Source: an archaeon (lineage in GTDB: Archaea; Nanobdellota; Nanobdellia; Pacearchaeales; UBA284). Taken from it: DNA of 64,000 nt. A program made the position numbers and the translations under genes. This document shows, one piece after another, positions 1-7,033 of this stretch (position 1 is its first letter; every line of letters starts with the position of its first letter). The notes below the pieces were generated by a model. It did no database searches and was not told the origin of the DNA. It was given only the letters and a program-made list of their open reading frames with translations. The stretch is from the NCBI GenBank assembly GCA_020343435.1, contig CP070794.1, positions 239,558-303,557 on the forward strand, written 5' to 3'.

Positions 1-682
1 CTCAGGAGCTAAAGAACACTGGCCAGCTGATTTACATATTATTGGTAAAGGAATTAATTGGTTTCATTCTGTTATCTGGCCTGCTTTGTTAATGTCTGCA
101 GGTTATGAATTACCAGATAAACTATTAGTTCATAGTTATGTTAATATTTCAGGTAAGAAAATGAGTAAAAGTGCTGGATTAACTATAGACCCTCTAGAAT
201 TATTAAAAAAATATCCAGCAGATTCAATTAGGTATGCTTTGTTAAAAGGAACTGTGTTTAGTGATTTTGATTTTTCAGAAGAATTGTTAGTTGAGAGACA
301 TAATAAAGAATTAGCAAATAAACTAGGTAATTTAATTTTAAGAGTTTCTGCTTTAGCTGAGAAATCTGGAATAGAAGAAACAGATAATCAGTTATTATTA
401 AAACTAAGGTTAAAAGAAATTGAACATTTTATGGATAACTATGAGTTAGATAAATCTCTTACCTTGATTTTTGAATTTATAGATATATGTAATGAGTATA
501 TTCAAGAGAAAAAGCCATGGGAGACTAATGATAAAAAAGTTTTATTTGAATTAGTTGATTCTATTAAGAATATTGCTAGGTTGTTAGGACCATTTATTCC
601 TGAAACTAGTAAAAAGATTTTAGATATTTTTGAACAACAAAATATTAAAAAAGCTGAAGTGTTATTTGAGAAGATAAAATGA
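1..682 (+). CDS. metG: Methionyl-tRNA synthetase, catalytic core and anticodon-binding part (5' end lies left of the window)
   Basis: The frame starting at nt 2 reads SGAKEHWPADLHIIGKGINWFHSVIWPALLMSAGYELP. The class I KMSKS loop is present as GKKMSKSAG. The TTG at 86 in the ORF track is internal, not the start. Confidence 0.9.
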   Translation, partial: SGAKEHWPADLHIIGKGINWFHSVIWPALLMSAGYELPDKLLVHSYVNISGKKMSKSAGLTIDPLELLKKYPADSIRYALLKGTVFSDFDFSEELLVERHNKELANKLGNLILRVSALAEKSGIEETDNQLLLKLRLKEIEHFMDNYELDKSLTLIFEFIDICNEYIQEKKPWETNDKKVLFELVDSIKNIARLLGPFIPETSKKILDIFEQQNIKKAEVLFEKIK

Positions 683-1008
683 CAATTCCATTTAAAGAGT
701 GGCAGAAATTAGATTTAAGAGTTGCTAAAATTCTAGAAGTTAAACCACATCCAAATGCTGATAAATTATACTTATTAGAAATTGATCTTGGTTCTGAAAA
801 AAGAACTTTGGTTGCAGGTTTGAAAAATAATTATTCTCCTGAAGATCTAAAAGGAAAATTATGTGTTGTATTTACAAATCTAGAACCTGCTACTATAAGA
901 GGAGTTAAAAGCGAAGGAATGATTTTAGCTGCTGTAAACAAAGATGAAAGCAAAATTTTTATTTTACAGCCTGAACAATATATTGAATTAGGGAGTAGAA
1001 TTAGTTAA
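679..1008 (+). CDS. Free-standing tRNA-binding OB domain (Trbp111 / EMAP-II-like, equivalent to the MetRS C-terminal domain)
   Basis: LDLRVAKILEVKPHPNADKLYLLEIDLGSEKRTLVAGL...SEGMILA is the typical Trbp111/CsaA-type pattern. Its ATG overlaps the metG stop (ATGA at 679-682). Confidence 0.8.
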   Translation: MTIPFKEWQKLDLRVAKILEVKPHPNADKLYLLEIDLGSEKRTLVAGLKNNYSPEDLKGKLCVVFTNLEPATIRGVKSEGMILAAVNKDESKIFILQPEQYIELGSRIS

Positions 1009-1339
1009 ACTGTTAACTGGAGATGATGCATATGATAGAAGGATTACAGATGCAGTAACAAGATATGCCATTAGTCAGGGAGGAGCAGGCGGTTTTCCAG
1101 AAAAAGGAAGTATCTCAGACGATGTTGAGTTTTTATCTGGGAGAGTAGTATCAGTCACTACAAAAAAACTTAAGATTTTGGTTGGTGGTGGTGAAAGAGA
1201 AGTTTTTGGTAAAACTAATCCGGATTTAAGATTTTCTCTTTTAGTTTCAACAGAGAGGAGGAGAAGACATAGGGAATCAGACCCTGAAATATACAAAACG
1301 GTTGGTTTACTCCCTTATAGAGTTAGATCAACAGGCTGA
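992..1339 (+). pseudogene. Start-less 115-codon open frame (R/G/D/E-rich class). Possibly a frameshifted or degraded gene, or one with a non-canonical start.
   Basis: Hand translation of the frame with codons at 1022, 1025 and so on is open from 992 to TGA 1337-1339 (..DDAYDRRITDAVTRYAISQGGAGGFPEKGS..ERRRRHRESDPEIYKTVGLLPYRVRSTG). There is no ATG/GTG/TTG near its 5' end. ATGATG at 1023 is one nt out of frame. A T-rich tract follows. The ORF track lists only the antisense 1075-1296. Confidence 0.3.
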
Positions 1340-1344
1340 CTAAA

Positions 1345-1367
1345 CCTTTTTCTTTTTTAATAAAAAG
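1345..1367. terminator. Probable bidirectional oligo-T/oligo-A terminator between convergent units
   Basis: cctttttcttttttaataaaaag gives T-runs on the + strand after the 992-1339 frame and an A-run (T-run on the - strand) after tRNA-Val. Confidence 0.35.
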
Positions 1368-1369
1368 TC

Positions 1370-1442
1370 TGGGCTTGCCAGGAATTGAACCTGGAATCTT
1401 TGCTACGTGAAAGCAATGTCATAACCATTAGACTACAAGCCC
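1370..1442 (-). tRNA. tRNA-Val (anticodon CAC)
   Basis: The reverse complement folds as a cloverleaf: acceptor GGGCTTG/CAAGCCC, anticodon stem TTGCT/AGCAA, loop TTCACGT, T-arm CCAGG-TTCAATT-CCTGG. Confidence 0.9.
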
Positions 1443-1464
1443 TAGGAATATTAAATGAAAAATG

Positions 1465-1472
1465 TTTATAAA
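1465..1472. promoter_or_regulatory. Palindromic TATA box (TTTATAAA) placed to serve tRNA-Val (leftward) and the 1513 gene (rightward)
   Basis: It lies 30 nt from the tRNA-Val 5' end on the - strand. On the + strand the predicted TSS is near 1494, followed by GAGG (1503-1506) and ATG 1513. Confidence 0.45.
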
Positions 1473-1512
1473 TCTGTTTTTTCTTAATATAGCAGTTAAA
1501 TTGAGGAAAAAA

Positions 1513-2424
1513 ATGCAATCAAAAACATTTTTAGTGGTTCTAGTTGCAGTTTTAGTTCTAGGTTCAGTGATTGTTGTATCTGCTCAAAATAATGGCAGAT
1601 TTTCAGTTGATGATAAGATTAAGGAACTAAGAGATAAGTTCAAAGACCAATCTGGATTTGCAGAACAAATACAAGAGCAAGTAGTTGCTTGTATAAACAA
1701 TACAAATGAAACTTGTAATGCAACAAACGAGCAAGCAAAGAAAATAGTGATTGGAATAATGAAGAGAGTTTGCGGAAACCATTCTGGATATATGGATAGA
1801 CTAAGAAACAGAATTCAGAATTCTCAGAAACTTACTGATGAGGAGAAAGAGAATCTAACAACAATGTTACAAGCTAGAGAAACAGAAATCTATCAAATCT
1901 GTGAAGGATTAGATGAAAATTCTACAAGAGAAGAAGTAAGAAATGCTTTTAGAGAAGTGAAAAGTATGATGAATGAGTTGAAATTAGAATTCAGAGTTCA
2001 GTTAGGTTTGTTACGATCTAGAAGAGTTGGTTTGATCTTAGAAAGAGCAGATCATTTGAGCATAAAATTAGAAAGGTTCTTAGATAGTTATAATGGAAGT
2101 ACTGAAAACTTGAGTAACTTAACAGAATTGTTTAATGAGAAGATTCTAGAAGCAAAGATGTTAAGAGGAGAAATGGATGACTATTGGAATCAAGCTTTTG
2201 AAGCTATTTCAGAAGGGAATTTTACAGAAGTTAATGAACTAAGAAGAATGGCTCATGAAAAACATATGGAAGCTAATGAAGCTCTAAAAGAAGCTCAGAG
2301 AATTCTTAGGCAGATAATACAAGAGATAAGACCAGAAGAGGAAATAGAAGAACCTGAAGAACCAGAGACTAATGAAACAGAGAATAATGAGACAGAAAAT
2401 AACGAAACAGGGGGTGAAGAATGA
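1513..2424 (+). CDS. Secreted or surface coiled-coil protein rich in N-glycosylation sequons, with an acidic NET-repeat tail
   Basis: N-terminal signal/anchor MQSKTFLVVLVAVLVLGSVIVVSAQ. At least a dozen N-x-S/T sequons by hand count. C-terminus EEIEEPEEPETNETENNETENNETGGEE. I prefer ATG 1513 over the track start 1462 because of the TATA and GAGG spacing. Confidence 0.6.
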   Translation: MQSKTFLVVLVAVLVLGSVIVVSAQNNGRFSVDDKIKELRDKFKDQSGFAEQIQEQVVACINNTNETCNATNEQAKKIVIGIMKRVCGNHSGYMDRLRNRIQNSQKLTDEEKENLTTMLQARETEIYQICEGLDENSTREEVRNAFREVKSMMNELKLEFRVQLGLLRSRRVGLILERADHLSIKLERFLDSYNGSTENLSNLTELFNEKILEAKMLRGEMDDYWNQAFEAISEGNFTEVNELRRMAHEKHMEANEALKEAQRILRQIIQEIRPEEEIEEPEEPETNETENNETENNETGGEE

Positions 2425-2648
2425 AATTAACATTTATGGTTTTGATAATGGTGTTAATTCTAGCTTCTGTTTTTGTTTTAGGAGCAAGTTGTGGACAAGT
2501 AGAAGAACAAACTGCAGGAGATTTAGCTTTAGAATTGAATCAGGATTTAAATGGTTTTAACACCCTTGAATCTGAGATCAATGAATTTAGTTTATCTGAA
2601 CTAGATGATCTAGAATTAGAACTTGAAGAAATAGAAACTCTTACTTAA
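2421..2648 (+). CDS. Small acidic secreted protein with a lipobox-like signal (putative lipoprotein)
   Basis: MKLTFMVLIMVLILASVFVLGASCGQ fits the generic lipobox pattern ..[AGS]C. ATGA overlap with the upstream gene. The rest of the protein is D/E/L-rich. Confidence 0.5.
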   Translation: MKLTFMVLIMVLILASVFVLGASCGQVEEQTAGDLALELNQDLNGFNTLESEINEFSLSELDDLELELEEIETLT

Positions 2649-2669
2649 TTTTTTTCTTTTTCTTTTTAT
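2649..2669 (+). terminator. Oligo-T terminator
   Basis: tttttttctttttcttttta immediately follows stop 2646-2648. Confidence 0.4.
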
Positions 2670-2678
2670 TTAGTTAAT

Positions 2679-2725
2679 TTTATAAATCCTAAATTCCCTT
2701 TTTCAAAGAGGTGATCAGACCTCAG
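2679..2725 (+). promoter_or_regulatory. TATA box plus conserved 18-nt 5' module GAGGTGATCAGACCTCAG (copy 1 of 2)
   Basis: TTTATAAA is at 2679-2686 and the motif at 2708-2725, starting 29 nt after the TATA start (the predicted TSS). GAGGT/ACCTC can form a hairpin. GAGGTGATC is complementary to the 16S 3' end seen at 61419-61430. The second copy is at 47445-47462. Confidence 0.5.
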
Positions 2726-3271
2726 ACCGTTTCTGAGATTGAGAAAATGGCAAAAGTAATGTTTTATTCTCCAGATGAATATGAATACCTCCAATTAGTT
2801 GATTTCTTTAGAAGAACAGACAGAGACTATTCTCCCCCAACTTCACAAATAATGGGAGGAATTGAAGAATACCTCCATCACTGGATTCTTCAAGAAGGAG
2901 AAGCAACAATAGCAAAAACAAGGGAAGGAATTATTGGAAGTTTTGGTTGGTGGAATGTTGGTGATTTATACTGGGCAGATTGGATTGGTGTTTTAGAAAG
3001 ATTTAGAGGAGAAGGACTACATATAGAACTTATTAAACATGCCTTAACAAAAAGACCAAGAACAGTTAATGGAATTGCATATAATAGAACTTGCCAAGGG
3101 AATTCAAAAACTCCAAAATTAATGGAAGGCCTTGGAGCTGAAAGAATAAATCCAGAACAAATTCCAAACCCAATAATGAAAACAGTGCCCCCAATTCAAG
3201 GCAGAGAAAGTTTATGGTATAAATTACAATTAAGCAAGGCTCATGAAAGATTGGGGATTCAATCACAATAA
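2711..3271 (+). CDS. GNAT-family N-acetyltransferase-like protein (R/G/W-rich class)
   Basis: VLERFRGEGLHIELIKHAL resembles GNAT motif A (R-x-x-G-x-G). The start is either GTG 2711 inside the conserved 5' module or ATG 2747. Confidence 0.5.
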   Translation: MIRPQTVSEIEKMAKVMFYSPDEYEYLQLVDFFRRTDRDYSPPTSQIMGGIEEYLHHWILQEGEATIAKTREGIIGSFGWWNVGDLYWADWIGVLERFRGEGLHIELIKHALTKRPRTVNGIAYNRTCQGNSKTPKLMEGLGAERINPEQIPNPIMKTVPPIQGRESLWYKLQLSKAHERLGIQSQ

Positions 3272-3302
3272 TCCTTTTAAATTTGAGAATGATGGTTAAA
3301 AG

Positions 3303-3659
3303 ATGTTAATACCTGTGATAGAAAAAGATTGGTACAGGATAGACGCAGGATTTAGAAGAAGGACTAATAAGCAAGGAGTTAGGAAAGAAAAAAGAGAATT
3401 TTACGAGTTTATGGTTGGTCCTTCAATTAGATATCTTCCTGCAAGAACAGCTTTTGGACCAAGGCCTTATCATCCATGTGCTACACGAATGGGACAGGTA
3501 GCTAATCCCATGGTTTTTCATAGTTCTTCTTTTTTGGGAAACAGGTTAGAAGGTAGAGCTGAAGTAGCCATAATAGGGAGACCACCACTCCTCAAAGATG
3601 TTATGGATAGGATTAAAGAGTTTTATGCTAAACTTGGTTGGGAAGAAATTCTTGGCTAA
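3303..3659 (+). CDS. Hypothetical protein (R/G/P-rich ORFan class)
   Basis: 118-codon ORF. TTTTAAAT sits 28 nt upstream of the ATG within a 19-nt promoter identical to that of the 20824 gene. No family recognised. Confidence 0.5.
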   Translation: MLIPVIEKDWYRIDAGFRRRTNKQGVRKEKREFYEFMVGPSIRYLPARTAFGPRPYHPCATRMGQVANPMVFHSSSFLGNRLEGRAEVAIIGRPPLLKDVMDRIKEFYAKLGWEEILG

Positions 3660-3669
3660 ACCTTTTTCT

Positions 3670-4374
3670 TTATTCAGTCCTAATCTCAACACTTTTAAAG
3701 AGAGGTTTTAATTCTAGTTGTAATGCTTTAAGTTCATCAACAGAAGTTTTTTTCAATTTTAAGAAAGCAGGATCATGGCAGTTCTGAGGTAAAAATTGTT
3801 GTAAAACAAATTTCTTATTAGCACCATTTAATTGTAAATAAGCAGCAATTTTAAGTAAAGATTCTCTATCAACAACTTTAGGAACAACTGTTGTTCTAAA
3901 CTCATAATCTTTCAGAGTCTTAATCAACTCTATACTTTTTTTAACATTTCCAGTAACATCCCCATCACATACCTTATTATAATTATTAAAATTAGTTTTT
4001 ATATCCATAGCAACATAATCTACTAATTTATTCTTAATCAAAGAAAATAATATCTCAGGATGACTTCCATTTGTATCTAGTTTAACTTTAAATCCCATCT
4101 CTTTAAGTTCTGATATTAATAATGGTAACTCAGCATAAAGAGTTGGTTCTCCACCAGAAATTACAACCCCATCAATATATCCTTTATTTTTTTTAAGATG
4201 TTCAAATACTTCTTCTTTAGGATATGTTTTTAATTCTGATCTTTTTTCTTGGGATATTAGATGACTGTTATGACAAAAACCACATTTAAAATTACAGTTA
4301 GAAAGAAAGATTACTGCAGCTGCTTTTCCTGGATAATCAATTAATGTAAATTTCTCAAAACCTTTTATCTCCAT
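3670..4374 (-). CDS. nrdG: Anaerobic ribonucleotide reductase activating protein (radical SAM)
   Basis: CNFKCGFCHN CxxxCxxC motif and GGEPTL. Lies immediately downstream of nrdD. Confidence 0.9.
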   Translation of the reverse strand: MEIKGFEKFTLIDYPGKAAAVIFLSNCNFKCGFCHNSHLISQEKRSELKTYPKEEVFEHLKKNKGYIDGVVISGGEPTLYAELPLLISELKEMGFKVKLDTNGSHPEILFSLIKNKLVDYVAMDIKTNFNNYNKVCDGDVTGNVKKSIELIKTLKDYEFRTTVVPKVVDRESLLKIAAYLQLNGANKKFVLQQFLPQNCHDPAFLKLKKTSVDELKALQLELKPLFKSVEIRTE

Positions 4375-4382
4375 ATTTCCCC

Positions 4383-6488
4383 CTACCTACTTACAGGTGC
4401 AGGAATTACAGTATGTCCTACATTAAATAATCTTCGCTCCTCAAACTCCTTTTGTTTTCCCCTATTCCAGTTCATTATTGGTCTCAAATATCCCACTACT
4501 CTACTATAAACTTCAGTTACTTTTCCACAAACAGGACAAGATTCTTGATTTCCTTTTAAATATCCATGATCTCTACATAAAGAAAAAGTTGGTGTTAATG
4601 TGAAATAAGGAATCTTTGAGTTATGGGTCATTTTTTTAACTAATATTTTTGCTTGTTCATAATCTATAGATTCTCCTAAAAATGTATGGAATACTGTTCC
4701 ACCAGTGTAAAGAGTTTGCAATGGTTCTTGATGTTTTAAAGCAAATAAAATATCTGAAGTATAATCAACTGGTAATTGTGTTGAGTTAGTGTAATAAGGA
4801 ATATTTCCTCCTGCAGTGATTATTGAAGGGTATTGTTCTTTATCTTTTCTAGCTAATCTAAAAGAAGTTCCTTCTGCTGGTGTTGATTCTAAGTTGTAGA
4901 TATGTCCTGTTTCTTCTTGAAATTGGGTTATTCGCTCTCTCATAAATTTTAGAATCTTTATTGCAAAAGCTTGACCATTTCGTGTTTCAATACCTTCTCC
5001 TAAAAAGTTTTTACAAGCTTCATGCATTCCTACTAATCCTATTGTAGAGAAATGATGATCAAGATTTCCTAGATATCTTTTAGTGTAAGGTAATAACCAG
5101 TTATCTAAATTCCTATTTACTACTTTTCTTTTTATTTCTAGAGATCTCATTGCTAGATACATTAAACTATCCAATCTTTCCAAAAATACCTCTTCTGATC
5201 TCGCTAAATAACCCAATCTTGGTAAATTAATAGTCACAACACCAATACTTCCTGTGTTTTCCCCTGATCCAAATCTTCCTCCTGTAACATTTCTAGTTAA
5301 TTCTTTTAATTCTAACCTTAATCTACAACACATACTTCTTACATCAGAAGGTTTAAGATCTGAATTAACAAAGTTTGAAAAGTAAGGTAATCCATATTTA
5401 GAGGTCATCTTAAATAATAAATCTGCTATTTCAGTATTCCATTTAAAATCTCTTGTTATATTATATGTTGGAATTGGCCATGTGAATACTCTTCCTCTAG
5501 AATCTCCATTTAACATAACTTCAATAAATGCTTTATTTACAATATCCATTTCAGTTTGATAATCTGAATAAGTGTCTTTTTGTGCTTGTCCTGCAATAAT
5601 CACTGGTTGGTCTTTCATATCTTCTGGGACAGTTAGATCAAGAGTAATATTACTAAATGGAGTTTGGCCTCCCCATCTTGTTGTTATATTCATGTTATGC
5701 ACAAACTCTTGCATAACCTGCTTAACCCCCTGATAATCGAGGTTATCATGCCTAACAAAAGGAGCAAGATAAGTATCTACTGAATTAAAAGCTTGAGCTC
5801 CAGACCATTCGTTCTGTAAAGTTCCTATAAAGTTAACCATGTGGCCTACAGCAGTTCTCATGTGCCTTGTAGGACCAGACTCAGTTTTTCCTGGAACTCC
5901 ATTAAATCCTTCTCTTAAGAGCTGATTTAAAGACCATCCTGCGCAATAACCTGCTAAACTCATACCAAGATCATGAATATGGAAATCAGAATTAATATGT
6001 GCTTTCCCTATTTCAGGTGGATAAACATAATGTAATCCATAATATGCCATTATTGTTCCAGCTGAGTGTAAGAATAATCCTGAATGAGAGTAACCTACAT
6101 TAGCGTTTTCATTAACACGCCAGTCTTCTTTTCCTATATAATCTCTGACTACTTGTTGAGCATCTAAGAATGTTTTTTTAGTTTCCCTCATCTTTCTTCT
6201 CTCTTCTCTATATAGGATAAATGCTTTTGCTGTTTTGACATATCCTCTTCTAACTAGAACCCCTTCTATAACATCCTGGACTTCTTCAAGACCTGGAACA
6301 GGTTCAAGATGATCTGATCTCTTTTTTAATTCAGATTCTAAAGTATCAATAACTTCTCTTGTCACTTCTTCTAGATCAAACTTATCAGAATTCTCTGCTG
6401 CTCTTGCAGATTGTGTCAATGCTTGTTTAATCCTATCAGGATCAAAGTCAACAACACGACCATCCCTTTTTCTCGCCTTTTTAATCAT
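4383..6488 (-). CDS. nrdD: Anaerobic (class III) ribonucleoside-triphosphate reductase with an N-terminal ATP-cone
   Basis: ATP-cone start KRDGRVVDFDPDRIKQAL. C-terminal Zn site CRDHG..CPVCG. Glycyl-radical motif SRVVGYLRP. Confidence 0.95.
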   Translation of the reverse strand: MIKKARKRDGRVVDFDPDRIKQALTQSARAAENSDKFDLEEVTREVIDTLESELKKRSDHLEPVPGLEEVQDVIEGVLVRRGYVKTAKAFILYREERRKMRETKKTFLDAQQVVRDYIGKEDWRVNENANVGYSHSGLFLHSAGTIMAYYGLHYVYPPEIGKAHINSDFHIHDLGMSLAGYCAGWSLNQLLREGFNGVPGKTESGPTRHMRTAVGHMVNFIGTLQNEWSGAQAFNSVDTYLAPFVRHDNLDYQGVKQVMQEFVHNMNITTRWGGQTPFSNITLDLTVPEDMKDQPVIIAGQAQKDTYSDYQTEMDIVNKAFIEVMLNGDSRGRVFTWPIPTYNITRDFKWNTEIADLLFKMTSKYGLPYFSNFVNSDLKPSDVRSMCCRLRLELKELTRNVTGGRFGSGENTGSIGVVTINLPRLGYLARSEEVFLERLDSLMYLAMRSLEIKRKVVNRNLDNWLLPYTKRYLGNLDHHFSTIGLVGMHEACKNFLGEGIETRNGQAFAIKILKFMRERITQFQEETGHIYNLESTPAEGTSFRLARKDKEQYPSIITAGGNIPYYTNSTQLPVDYTSDILFALKHQEPLQTLYTGGTVFHTFLGESIDYEQAKILVKKMTHNSKIPYFTLTPTFSLCRDHGYLKGNQESCPVCGKVTEVYSRVVGYLRPIMNWNRGKQKEFEERRLFNVGHTVIPAPVSR

Positions 6489-6583
6489 CTTTGCCCTCTT
6501 TTTTAATGAGATTTTTCTAATCTCTTTTTCTTTAAATACTTTTATAACAACTTACTGATGATAAAGCCAAACCACAAGAAAAT

Positions 6584-7033
6584 TTACCTCTTTTTTGGCT
6601 TTACTTCCTTAATTGTCTTCTTAAATTCATCTATATCTTTAAAGTTTCTATATACTGAGGCAAACCGAATATATGCTATTGGATCAAGTTTCTTTAGTTT
6701 CTTCATAACTAAATTTCCAATTAACTTGTATGAGATCTCTGATTTGTGGTATGATCTGAGTATAGCTTCAATCTCACTGATTACTCTATCAATTTTTTCT
6801 TGGCTTATTGGCCGTTTTTCACAGGCTTTTATAAAACCTAACTTAATTTTATCCCGATTAAATGGCTCTCTTCTACCATCTTTTTTAATTACAGTTAATC
6901 TTGTTTCAATTCTTTCATAAGTTGTGAATCTCTTTTTACATTTGATACACTCCCTTCTCCTTCTAATCGCTGTTTCTCTACTTTCTCTTTTATCTAATAC
7001 TTTTGTTTTTCCGAAACAATATGGACATTTCAT
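6584..7033 (-). CDS. nrdR: NrdR transcriptional repressor (Zn ribbon + ATP-cone)
   Basis: MKCPYCFGKTKVLDKRESRE...RRRRECIKCKKRFTTYERIE followed by an ATP-cone. Same strand as nrdD-nrdG and upstream of them. Confidence 0.9.
   Translation of the reverse strand: MKCPYCFGKTKVLDKRESRETAIRRRRECIKCKKRFTTYERIETRLTVIKKDGRREPFNRDKIKLGFIKACEKRPISQEKIDRVISEIEAILRSYHKSEISYKLIGNLVMKKLKKLDPIAYIRFASVYRNFKDIDEFKKTIKEVKPKKR

Noticed and set aside
1003-1010. A +1 frameshift at AGT TAA A that would fuse the Trbp111-like domain to the start-less 992-1339 frame.
   Set aside because: There is no slippery sequence or stimulatory SD-like element, and the Trbp111-like domain is already complete at 109 aa. An indel or pseudogene explanation is simpler.
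2341-2420. Short imperfect tandem repeats (AATGAAACAGAG / AATAATGAGACAGAA / AATAACGAAACAGGG).
   Set aside because: They are in-frame and encode the NET-repeat acidic tail of the 1513-2424 protein. This is not a CRISPR array or a satellite. No CRISPR-like repeat-spacer structure was seen anywhere in the window.
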